From Eledone cirrhosa (lineage: Eukaryota), in NCBI GenBank assembly GCA_964016885.1, contig OZ024741.1, positions 198,524,001 through 198,588,000 on the forward strand: DNA of 64,000 bases, written 5' to 3'. The position numbers were made by a program, and so were the translations under genes. Positions 9,553 to 22,145 of the stretch are shown here, one piece after another. The notes beneath the pieces are model-generated. The model did no database searches and was not told where the DNA came from. It worked only from the letters and a program-made list of their open reading frames with translations. Position 1 is the stretch's first letter; every line of letters starts with the position of its first letter.

Positions 9553-12500
9553 TTCTCTATATCTATTACTCACTTATTTTCTCTCACTCTCCATCCTTCT
9601 AGGAAGAAATCTGCTGTACTAAGGTGTGGAGAGGTAATGGGCTCCGCCTGTTTTTGAAATGTCATACAAAACGCCGTATGTCAATATGGCGTCACTTCCT
9701 CATATTAAGTATGTTACCACTCACTTTACTATGTAGTCGAAGTCCCTGGTATTTTCTTTCCGTCATTTTTAATGTTTGCTTACGCAACGTGTAGAAAAGC
9801 TAATTGCAAATTAGAATGGTAGTGCATGATATGTATTTCAGCTGATAGCGATATAGTCGTTTTCAACTTTATGCATAGTCTTATCCAATTGTGCAAAAGG
9901 TTCTCCGTGCCAGAGCCAATTACAAGCTGTTTGAGAGGGCAATGTTTCTGCTGCAGTACACATGGTGACCTCGATTGACACAGTACATCCACACAGGTTG
10001 TCCTAGCCATAGTATAATTGCTAACTTCATGGATATTCTACGCTTTAATTTAAGATATAGCATTTAAAATGTTATATTTATAAGTTATATATACACTCGT
10101 ATATAATATAATTTAGCTTTAGTTAAGCTATATGAAAAATAACAACAAACAGTGATCTGTCGAACTGTTTAGTTGTCAGAACTAAAACCAAGCTCTTGCA
10201 ACCCGCCTCACCGAAAGTGCCTTCACTCCCGACCAGTTCAGTAACAAGTCTGCAGTAAATGCGTTTCCGTCAAGAGTTCAACTTTATGAAAAAAAGGAAA
10301 AGAATGACTTCACTTGTAGTGAATAACAATTTAATTTTATAATTTTACAATTTTATAATTTTGCAATGTAGGTCTAATAAGTCTTTTGTTAACTTAGGTG
10401 GAAAGTTGTTTTTTTTATTCTGGATAACTTTCTCGCATTCGTCGATGGCGATTGTCAAACTGATCTAAAGTTGTAATATGTAGGTGTATATATAAAGAAT
10501 TTTAGTGTGTCTGGGGAAGTGGTAATGAGGTGTAAAGTACACACATATATATATATATAGAGAGAGAGAGGGAGAGAGCGCGCGAGAAGATAACAAATCA
10601 AATCGAATAAATTTAACAAATGACTGAAACTACCAAAATGGAATATTTTCCTAAAAAATAATTCCTCTTTTAGTTCTTTCTTTTCTTTTTTCCTTTCCTT
10701 CTCCCCTCCACTCCCTCTCTCTCTCTTTCACACACACACTCTTCTTCCCTTTTCCAGCGTGACAAACTTTTTATATGACATATACAACAGCTTTAATATA
10801 ATGGAAGACTAATGCCTAATTCTTCAGATGTCCACGAAGAATGGAACGTTGGCTTAATTCAACTTGAAAAGTGGTTTCCAATTGTTTGTTGGCAAGCTGG
10901 TCTCGCCTTTAATATCTCCGGTTACGTGGTATGATTAACTGCTACTTAGATCAATGCGAGATGCAAGATAGATAAAACTGCCGAGATTAAAATCGTTAGT
11001 AAATGAGGTAACTCCTTGATTCTGCTTGGGATTATTTATCGGATTGGTTAGTTAGAACTGAACCATTACAAAGGATTGTCTGTGACATCAAAAGGAAAAC
11101 TGCAGTTTGCAGACATACAAGGCTAGAAGTTATGCGATTCTCCGGAATATGAAAAGGCACTGTTAATACAATGTTATTGTAGGGCAGCTATGTCATTGTT
11201 CTAGAAGCTGTCAAATGAAACGGAACACGGAAATGAGCCCCCGTATAGTTCCTTTGGATAATACCAGAAGGAATGGGCCATACGAGAGTTTTATAAAAGT
11301 AGCTCCTCTTCAGTTTGCTAATGGCTTTATCTCAACAATTACAGGTGGGTTATTGGAGTAGAAGCAGTACCGATATGTGTATTTAGGCGTAGTGGGCAAT
11401 GGTGGAAGTGGTGTTCACTAGGCAAGAATAATTCGCCTTAATATTATCCACATTGAAAGGTTTGTGATACATAGGTGTAGTCGGAATGTGACGCATTATG
11501 AGCAATAGAAATTATCTGGCAATATTAGTAGTACGCCTAGGGAGGTGGATTAACAGGATCTGAAGGGCGCCGAACAACATGATTTGCGGCATATAGTTAC
11601 GCCCCAAAATGGTTGGCCTTGTGCCTAAATCAGAAACCAATATTAGTAGTACGTCTAAGTTCAAATCCCACCAAGGTCAGCTGTGCCTTTCAACCTTCCA
11701 GGGTCGATAAAATAAAGTATTAGATAAGTACTAGGATTAATTTAACCAACATTGTCCTTCCTCCGAATATGCTGGCCTTGTGTCTAAATTAGAAATTAAT
11801 ACATAACGTAAGCAGTATGCCTACGTTATGTAATGGGTTACATCATCTACTTTCTTGTTCTTGAATCTGATGTGGGAAGGAGTTCTCCATAATGACTAAC
11901 TTTTCACTAAAGCCACTCCTGATTTGAATCGCATTAAATTGAAATGCTACCCTGCCGAATATTTCACAGTCATTGAATAAATAGGACTTTCTCCTGCTTA
12001 CACCTACTACTTAGTTCTTAATTATAGTTAAGTAATGGGGCACTAGGAATTTTGTGGGTAATACCTAAAACAAATTAGCTATCATTAGATTGACAGGGAA
12101 TAGTTATTCGCCTTTAATATTGAATGAGACTGACGTCATTTCTATACAAATCTGAGATGTGTGGTGAAGATCACTTTTATGAGGATATCAAAGGTAAATA
12201 ATCCCACAAAGCCCGCCACCTCAACATCCAATGGCCATGGTATAACAATTACATCTTCACATTCATTGTTATTCGAAGTATCGTTATAGCGACCGACAAA
12301 ATACTTTATGACATATAATTACGGCCATTTACGTTTTGAATTCAAATCTCACCGTGGCCAACTTTACCTTTCATCCTTTCGATTAAAATAAGTACCCTTC
12401 AAATACTGGGGCCGATTTAATCGACTTTTCCCTCCCTTCAAACTGCCAGTCTTGTGCCTATATTAGAAACTAATGTTATTCTAATATCAATTTTTTTTTT

Positions 12501-13396
12501 GTTGGGAGAAATTATTTCCCCAAATATAGGGTTCTCAGTAGAAAAGTCTTCAATATGAATGAAGGAATGTGCCAATCCAAGAGAGAGAGAGAGAGAGATG
12601 AGTGGGGGAATAGCAGAGATTGCCACAAACGATTTAAAATTTAATATAATCAACAACTGACTTTGTTTAGATACAGAGATAGAGGGATAGGAGGCTCCAC
12701 TTTCCTGTCGCATTTCATCTGGATTCTTAGAGATGCGAAACATGACTGCCCTACTATAATATAGAGTATTGTTGATAATGTCCTGGGTTCAATCCCACTG
12801 TGTGGCGCTTTAGGCAAATATCTTTATCAGAGATTTAGGTTGACCATAGCCTTGTTAGTAAAATTGGCTACACGGAAACTATGTGAAAGCTCATCTGATG
12901 GAATGCAGCTGTAATTCAAAGGCCCAGCCTAGACATACACTGTATCATGTTGATTCTGCCTTACAGTTATATGAAATGATTACGTGTGTATAGATGCAAA
13001 AAGGTCAATTGATCAAACAACTAAACACTCATTGTCGAAACCGATTTCATATTCCAACGGATCGTGTAACTGTCAAGCTTTGCTCGGCTGTAAATTTACA
13101 CCTCTTATATCAGTCTGCGGTATCCTTCAACAAGAAATCCAAAAAGACCTCCTTCTTTTGTCACAGACTTGTCTTTATACTGGTTCAGTTACAATCATTC
13201 CGGAAAATAATTCAAAACAAAATAAAGGAGTTACCTCCCTTATATCTATAATTTGCAATAGGAATTTTATATCACTTAGCAGATGTATCCAGGTTACCAA
13301 TGATGAAAAAGCAACCACTTTTCAAGTTAAACACGGCCAAAAGTTCGTTCCTCTTTAACATTTAAGTATAATATATATATATATATATGGCATACG

Positions 13397-13429
<33 letters not shown>

Positions 13430-13430
<1 letters not shown>

Positions 13431-13822
13431 TAGCAGAATGGCCCGGCGTTGCTCGGGATTTGTTCTAGGGTTCTTATATATATCTATCCTTATCGATCGT
13501 AAAATAAATACGTTTGTTTATATTTTGTTATTGTGTATGCAAAAATATCTGTACACGAATATATAATTATATATATATCAAAATAACAGATTAAAGTTTA
13601 AGCAAAGAATCGCTGCTTTCACCTTTAATGGGATCTTCTGAAACTTAAAAAATTAATGTGAACGCTGTAGTAAATATTTCGAAAAACGTTACACACTATA
13701 TACACACACAGCGTCATAATGTCGCAATGCAGACAGCCAGCCATAGACAGATATTATAAGGGCGCAACGTTATATCAATGTATCTTCCCTATCTTTCTAA
13801 AAAAAAAAGACTAAGAATTATA
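13430..13822 (-). mobile_element. Non-autonomous Helitron-like element, 3' portion
   Basis: CTAG terminus at 13430-13433 with subterminal hairpin cccggcgttgctcggg; body homologous to 3678-4018. Confidence 0.75.
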
Positions 13823-13829
13823 AAATTGT

Positions 13830-14890
13830 GTGTTGAAACAAATATTGCTATATTTGGGGAGGGTCATTTTATAATATTGCCAGAAATATATAGTAAAACA
13901 CTCTCGCTGTTTGGTTTAGGTTGGTTTTCGCTTCAGTATATTTTATATTTTTTAAATTAATTCAGCTGGCAATCAAAGTTTATCATTGATTTATCAAGTT
14001 AAAAATATAAATATAGTCTCTCAGTTCTTTCGCCACACACCTATGACATCATCATTGTTTCCCTCGTTATATTGCTGCAATATTTTCTTATTCTATTTAA
14101 TTTATTTATGTTTTTTTCTGTTTGGTATGTGTTCATGTCTGAGTCTGGCGTGTTTATACTCTATCTTTGGTCACTAGTGTGTTTATGTGTGGGTGTTGTT
14201 GTATCTGTGTATATTTATCTCAGCTCACTATTGTGTGTTTGTGTATGGTTGTTGTTACTCCATTCATGTTTTCTGTTCAGCTTCGATTTTCTTAGTTCTA
14301 TTTCAGTTGCTTCCCTAATTTGTCTACTTGTGGAGTCATTCCTATATTTAGATATTATTTTAATTTCTATGTTGTCTCTATTACCATCTTGTCTTAGTCT
14401 GGCGTATTCATATAGTACCCAACTGTCTTGTTGTCCTCCCCAGTGTTTGTCTATGCTACAGGCTGTCTCTCCTATATATGTCGACATGTTTCTCCAAGCA
14501 CCTTCTGTACATTTTATGCTATAGACATTTCTAGTTTTACAATTTATTTGTGGATTTATTCTACATTTCTTATTCGTACAGTGGGTTTTCTTAAAGGGGT
14601 ATCGGGGATTTTATGGTAGTTCCTGGTTTTTCTACCACTTCAATCTTTAGATGGGTCTTTCTGAATTGGTTAGCTAGTTCACCTCCACGAACACGACACT
14701 GGTTGTCGTACCATGAAGTGGCTTTCCCTATCCTTTGTTTAGTCCTACCTGTGCTATTCCATGATTTTCTCCTATACAATGGGTAAATCCCTTTCATGAC
14801 CATATCTGAAGGTCTTATATTTCTCCATGGCTCTTTTGTACACCCTGATTATTTCGCTTTGGTTGTAGCCAGAGAACTGCACACGATTGA
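13830..14890 (-). mobile_element. Decayed 5'-truncated PLE related to the element at 1-3606
   Basis: ORF remnants YPLYRRKSWN..GGELANQFRK..VVEKPGTTIK and YIGETACSI..RQIREA..LNRKHEW align to the C-terminus of 370-3078; degenerate hammerhead at ~14015-14056. Confidence 0.88.
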
Positions 14891-17800
14891 TTATGTATAT
14901 ATATATATATTATTGAATCATTAATTCACATGTACGTTCATAATAAAAAAAGTCTCACAATTATTATTTGATAAGGGAGGCAACTCCAAACACTTTGGGG
15001 GGGAGCTTTCCCTAAATATTGATTTTTAATTCAAACACAAGGCCAGCAATTTTCTTTTTTAGGTTGATTAAATTCAAATCCAGTACTTAATTGATACTTT
15101 ATTTTATGAACCCCAGAAGAATGAAAGCCAAAGTTGACATCTAACTTGCCATACGTATTAAAAAGCACCTCCCTTTTTATAAAATTATAAATTAGAAGTA
15201 AACATTCCTCGTACGACATTTACATGATGCAGTTGTTGTTTGGCTCTGGTGATGAAGGCCTATGAGCCAAGTCATTCTAGCTACGATCCATCTTACTTTT
15301 TACTTGTATCTTACGGCTACATTGCCGCATACTTGTTTTTCCAGCTGCTGAGCACCTTTGCATGTTGGATTTGCATAATGTAAAGAAAAAGCATATTTTA
15401 ACCCGCCCAAATTGGCTTTGACTACTTAAATTAAAACCTAACATAATGTTACTTATGTTACAAATACCATATTTTATAAATACTTCTGAATCTTCAATAA
15501 GTAATTCAAACGGTATTTCATTTGAAAATTGGAACTGTACCCTGCCTGAGGAAAAAATCCTGAGGTGGAGTGGCTGATGCAGTGTATGTTGCTGGCCGTC
15601 ATCCATGGGAATGCCTTTGCCATTTTGTCCATGATGCAAAGCTGGGGGGGGGGGGGGGGTAGTGTTTGCAGCTACCCTTCGCCGTTTCACTTTTTATTTT
15701 CCTCAGATCTGAGTTGTATTTCAGACTTAACTGGCTAAAATGATTCCACTGTGTAATTGTGGAATATAAATACTTAGAAATGAATATGGATCAAGGATAT
15801 TGCTACAAAAAAAAAAATTTATTAATGAATGGGTTGTTTACATTACTCAGCAGTTATTTCCCCTACTTCATGAGGATAAAATATTTAGTTACTTAATGCC
15901 ATCACATTCATAACAATCTGATTACATTGCAGATGATGTCGATGTCTAAAGCAACAAAAGGAAACCTAGATCTAAATCTATGTCAATAAAAATAGCAACA
16001 TTTCACAATACTAAATATATTATATCTACAGTAAACACTTAAACCAAACATTTTCAATCCTACAAAAAATATTCTTTCAGTCAAAACTAGATTTAGTTTT
16101 TTTGGTAGTCAAATGAGTCGATCCTAGCATAAAGACAGGAAATACAATAAATGACAAAAATATACAAGCAAATTCAAACAAAAAAGTTCAAATATTTTAT
16201 TTATATTCAACTTGTTTTATTTATTCAATAATTTTTTTGCACTGAATTCAGAAGCAATGCTATGAAATAGTTCCTCTTAGATATCAGTGGTGACCCATGA
16301 GGATAGCAATGAAATTCCAGGTTAAAATTTGAAAATATTTGGCCTAATAGACAAAGTGAATAAAGCAAACTATGTTCTGTTTACCCCATTCAGGTTAGTC
16401 TATAGATAAATATGAATTATTTACCAGGTACCAACAACTGCACAACTGTTTTAAATTTCTTCTATCCTCAGTTTGTATCTGTATTATTCATGAAGACTAT
16501 ATCACTAATTCCTCTCCAAAATTTGGTAACCAGACAAATAAAAATCAATTCAAAGCTCCATTAGCTTTATCAAATTAAATTAATTGCTTCCAGAAAGTGT
16601 TTACAACTTTTATTGCCCTGCTGAACAAAAGCTTTCAGTAAAGATGAAATGAAAATTAATTTACAGAAATACTCATATTGGTTTCTTTTACCTAGGTGCA
16701 AGGCTAACTTTTATAGGTGAGAAGTTCATTCAATTAAATCAACTTCAAACAAAAGTGATGACAGGTGAAGTTAATACCATTGGGATTGAATTCAGAATAC
16801 ATAGGGATAAAACTAAATATTGCACTATTCCAGTTAACCCACCACTCCAAGAAAAAATTCAAACTGTCAGTGATAATTCGTTTTTTTTCCTAAGGTCAAT
16901 GGTTTACCAACCAACTCTCTTCTGTGTGTTAATTATCTCAACAATTAGCCAGTATAAGAGTTCTGAATATGCATAAAGAAAATACATTTTGTTCAGAATA
17001 TTTCAATACTAGATTTCCAAAAGGAAGCCACTTGTTTAGAGGTAGATAATTCAAATTTCCACTTCTTGAGGGGCAGATAATTTAAAGTTCATAAAATGGC
17101 GTGTTTCCTTTTTAATATTACATAAAATTCTTAATACAAAAGCTTTGTGTTGATGCAGAACTAGCAGCAATATTATAGCTAATGTAATGTAAATAATTTA
17201 TATAGTCAACAATCTATTTCACTGACCATAAAAACCCTGGTAAGTACCATCAAACTAAACATATTTGTGAATCATTGCAGATTTTATTTTGAAGTTTATA
17301 TAAGTAACATTATTTTACAAAATAACACCATTCTTGTCTTCACACGATTTATATTTAAATTATAAATATTTAAAGGTAGAAAGGCACATATTTAGAAGAC
17401 CCATATGCAAAAGTTTATTTGCTTTTTACTTAGAATATGTCTTGGATATTTCATATAGTGAAAATACAAACCTAAATAAGGTATTGATATGAAATACAAC
17501 TTCACCAGGCCTCTGGGCTGTGAAGAGCATGGTAGTGCAGTTCACAACCTAGTAAGATTTAATAACAGCCACAAGTTAATAGTATCATTAATACAACCAT
17601 CAACAAAGTTTCAACAAGAAAATTCAACAAGGAAGTTTTTCAACTGTGCTATTTCAATGTATTAAACGTTTTATATAAATAAAAACGTTTATGAAAGTAA
17701 AGTCTAACACAATAACAAGCAAAATTTTGCTTTTTTTTCTACTCAGATAAACTAGAAATCAGTATTTTAGTTTGAACAGTAATTCAGGATTATTTTTGTT

Positions 17801-18534
17801 ACAAGACTTGAAATCATAAGAAATCTAAAATCAAGCAACAAAAGTCAAGATAATTATACCAAATATGTATAGATCTTCACTGTTAAATGTTTTATTTAAA
17901 TATTATTTCTTATAAAAGGTAAATATACTTATTGAGTATTTTGACAATAAACCTAAACAAGTATGTTATTTTTTGGATCTGTAATTATTATCTCTTTCAG
18001 AAAACTAATGTTCTCTAATGTCTAAACAAAGATTGCAAATTTAAGGAGAAAATATCAAGAAGAGTTTTAAATAAAAGTAGTTTTTTATTTTTATTTTTCT
18101 CAAAATTGTATCTCTTTAATATTCAAATTAAGAAACCTGTTGATTTGCTTTCAAACATTCTACAAAGTACAACTTGTTTTATGCTTAACAAATCTAAAAA
18201 TTCTTATCTTAGTGCCAATATCATTATTATTGTAGTTGTTGTTATTATCCTGAAGTAATTGCAATGAGTTTTCCACCAGGATGTTTTGGATATTGCTAAG
18301 TTCGAAAATAACTCATTGTGTCAACATTCCCAGTGGTTCAAAGGCACCAGTAAGATTTCAAATAAACCAATGAATTGTTTGAATAAAAAGTTAAAATTTT
18401 AATAGTACTCTAAGTAGCTTTGGTATATTGCAGTTATAGCAAGTTTAAATTAAAACTTAGAACAAAGAGAATAAAAGGAATAAGTAGAAGACAATTTGTG
18501 CTGAAGGTGGTTGGTATAGTTCAAGCCATGAATA

Positions 18535-18697
18535 TCATTGTGATTTGTCACGGCACTTCTCTAAAAGAATCGACTGTTCCAATTCGGAATCATCTGTTGC
18601 CTGAATTTCAACACCAATTCCCTGAAGTTTTGTCTTTAGAGAAGACTTACTGCTTGTATATACCATTTTCTGTTTTATTGTAGCATTCTCTGGACTC
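18535..18697 (-). CDS. cfl: ADF/cofilin last coding exon ((W)SPENATIKQKMVYTSSKSSLKTKLQGIGVEIQATDDSELEQSILLEKCRDKSQ*)
   Basis: Acceptor ttttcag|G; phase-2 join with the preceding exon gives the conserved Trp; WSPE.A.IK.KM.Y.SSK is the ADF-H signature; TGA at 18535-18537. Not in the ORF track. Confidence 0.93.
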
Positions 18698-19327
18698 CTG
18701 AAAAAAAGAAAAACAGATTTAGCTACAGTTGAAATGACAAATAGTTACCAATATTTAATGTTCAAAATTTTTATTAAAATTTGGAAAATATACTGTACGT
18801 AGATCAACTATATAATTACAAGATATCACTGTAGGTTAGAACTGTTTTTCCAAGTACTATCCACTCTGAATTTTCCCTATCATATTCAATCATGAGAAAT
18901 TAATAATTATCAATATTACAAAACACAAATTTATGAGTTTGGGTTTTTGCTTTTGTTTTTTTGTACTTCTTTGTGGAAATTACTTATTTCATAGAACCAG
19001 CAACAGCAAGTTGAAGAACAGCACAAAATTTTAATTTTTCAAATCAGAACTATACAATTATGGTTCCTAATTTAGGCACAAGTCTGCAATTTTGAGGAAG
19101 AGTAAAGTTGATTATTGACCAGTACTTCACTGGTACTTTATTTTAGAAACCATGGAAGGATGAAAGACAAAATTGTCATCAATAGGATTTAACTCAGAAC
19201 AAAAAGAACTAGAACAAATAATGCAAAGTATTTATCCAATGCTCTAACAATTCTGCCCAATGCACTGCCATATACAACTTTTATAATAATTTTAAACAAT
19301 AAATTTAATAATAATTTTAGTTTAATA

Positions 19328-19645
19328 CTAGACTACCCGTAAACCATTGGGTCATGTTCCCTTCAAAATAATTTTTAAATAATTAAAATATAGACATGTG
19401 GCCGTGTAGGTAACATGGTAAAAAGCGGTGGTGGTTGGTGTTAGGAAGGCCATCCAGCCGTAGAAAACCTGCCAAATAGTCCTATACGAGCGAGACATGG
19501 TCACTCGACCAATCTTGCCTCAAGTGGGACAATTCCCGTCTAACCCATGCTAGGTTGGAAGATAGACGTTAAACGACAATGATGATGATGTATATAATGT
19601 AAAATGAAATTGGAAGGCCCATATATATATGTGTGTAGGTCTGTG

Positions 19646-19694
<49 letters not shown>

Positions 19695-20076
19695 CACGCA
19701 CACTTAGAAACCCTTTCTATTTTTTCTAGCAGGATATAGTAATACTGTATTCGTTTCTTTGAAGGGACCAGTTATAATTTCATTCAACAACACCACCAGC
19801 TCCCTCTCTTCCATTTTCTTGCTCTGTCTCTCTATGTCTCTTTCAATCTACTCTCTCACATACACTATCTCTCTCTGTCTATGAAAGTACCCGGAAAAAC
19901 TCCGTATCTCGAGAACCCAGGCATCAATTTACGCGAAACTTGTTTTATTCCATTTGTATTCGCATTTCAGGGTCAACTTTCTTTCAAATTATTTTCCCAT
20001 TATGTGCCCTTTTAGCTGTATTACATTACAGACAAGAGCAAGCAAACAATCAAGCAGAGTTTTAGTAGTATATAGA
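19328..20076 (-). mobile_element. Non-autonomous Helitron-like element with a nested RTE-tailed short repeat (~19398-19590)
   Basis: CTAG at 19328 with imperfect hairpin acccg..gggt; other end agttttagtagtatatagat. The nested repeat ends aacccatgc..gacgttaaacga(tga)n and recurs at 33390-33473 and 55925-56045. Confidence 0.6.
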
Positions 20077-20219
20077 TAGATTTACATTTTTCAGTGATAT
20101 ACATATTAGCTCTAATGTTTATTTCAGTCTAGCACTTATTTTATATTGGTAGATAGATATGTGCGTGTATGTTATTAATGATATCAGAATAATAATGATG
20201 TATATGTTGAGAGAGAGGG

Positions 20220-22145
20220 TTGGGGGGTAAATATGATAGAGGACAGTTGAAAGATTTTAGAAGACAATCTGCTGCAAGTGATTGGAGCAAGGTACCAGCC
20301 AGATGAAAGGTGACTTGGTGATAGAATAGTGTGAGAGACAGAACTATTAAAGCTATGACACAGTCATGGAAAGACTGGAAAAATGAGGACAGCAAAGAAC
20401 AATATCAAATAGCTAAAAGAGAAGCTAGACAAGTTTACATAGCAAACACAGAAACTGAGCTTTGCCAATGTGCTTGTGACATGAGTATCAGAGATGAGGT
20501 ATTCTGCATTGCAGTGTGAATCAGGATGTGTGTTTCAAAATGGCACCAGTACACTTAGCCTCACAGATACCCAGAAGAAAGAGGCTTTGTTTTGTGCCAG
20601 CAAGGAGCACCACAGATGCTCTTCTTAGTGAGATAATTATAAAAAAAGTTCCTAATTAAGTCAAGCTGCTATATCTAGCTTTTGTAGATCAGGAAAAGGC
20701 TTTTGATAGAGTATTATAATTACTTATCAGGCAGTCCTTAAGGAAACTGATATAGAAGAGTGGCTTGGGAGAGTAGTGCAAGCCATGTATGAAGGTGCTG
20801 CCAGAAAAGTGAGACTAAGTAATGAGTTTAGTGTGAAATTCAATGTGGAAGTAGATGTTCAACAGAGATCAGTTTTCATCCCACTCAAGGTTATTATAGA
20901 TCTCCAGGTTATAACAGAAGACTTTAAGACAGGTTGTCCATGAGAGCTGCTGTATGCTGATGACCACGTTCTTATAAATCTATGGAAGAGCTACAGAGGA
21001 AATCTTTGGTGTGGAAACAGAACTCAAAAGCAAAGAGATTTAGGGTAAACTTAAAGACCAAAATGTTGGTAAGTTGGAAAGGCAAGACTGATCCCATTAG
21101 GGAAGTGGCTGTGCTCAGTATGTATAATGTAAATTTGGGGTACACAAGAGATGTAGTAAGAGAGCAAATAGACTAACAGAAAAGGTAAACTTTGTATGTG
21201 GCAGATGTACAAGGACAATTGGTAGTAAGAGCAATTAACAATTCCAATCTCAGGAAGGTAATATAAAAGTAGTTGATAGTTTCTGCTACCTAGGTGATAT
21301 AACTAGCAGTGGAAAATGTGGCTCTGAAAACATAGTAGCTAGAATAAGAATGAGTTGGAAAGTATCCAAAGAACTACAACCTCTTGACAACAAAGATTTT
21401 CACTATGAGCAAAAGGTAGATTGTATAACTGCATAAAAGTGCAATGCATTGAGATATAGGCAGAAATGTGTAGAATATGTGAAGGCTGGAGTAAAATCAT
21501 TGGATGTGTAATGTGTGTGAATAACAAAGTTTGGATCGGCTGAAAGTAAAACTGGGTATAAGAGGAATCAAATGTAGTGTGCAAGAGAAAAGGCTGCACT
21601 AGTTTAGACATATAATGCATGTGGATGATGATTGTTATGTAAAGAATTGCCAAGAGATCCAAGTGGAAGAAAGCTACAATAGATGAAGATCTGGGAAAAG
21701 GTACTTAGCGCTGATCTTAAGATGAAGGAATGCAATGAGTGAAGAGAGGCTGTCTTGCTGAAGACCCATTCAACTTATGCAAGCATGAAAAGGTAGACTC
21801 AAAATGGTGATGAATTAGATGATGATGGTATGTTAAAGGCCTTTGATAGAATACCATGATTTGTAATCTAGTGATCTGTAAAAAAAAAATAGGATTAGAT
21901 GAATGGTTCATGAGAGCAGTGCAAGCCATGTACAAAGATGCTGCTAGTAAAGTGAGGTTGAACAATGAGTTTAGTAGGAAATTCAGCACACGGGTCAGTG
22001 TCCATCATGACTTGGTCCTCAACTTGCTCCTGTTCACTATAGTTCTTCAGGTCATAACAGAGGAATTTATGACAAGCTGTCCACCGGAACTCCTATATGC
22101 TGATAACCTAGTAATTATAGCAGAGAATGCTAGAAAGAACAGAAA
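20220..22145 (+). mobile_element. RTE-clade LINE fragments, family A (two decayed copies)
   Basis: RT remnants (AFVD.EKAFDRV, AVQAMY, ELLYADN/D), YLGD, 3' aacccatgcaagcatggaaaa-like end with (gat)n tail. Confidence 0.8.

Noticed and set aside
15800-18534. Defined cofilin 3' UTR and poly(A) site
   Set aside because: Many minus-strand AATAAA hexamers (e.g. 15818-15823) in AT-rich DNA; the real end cannot be chosen without transcript data.
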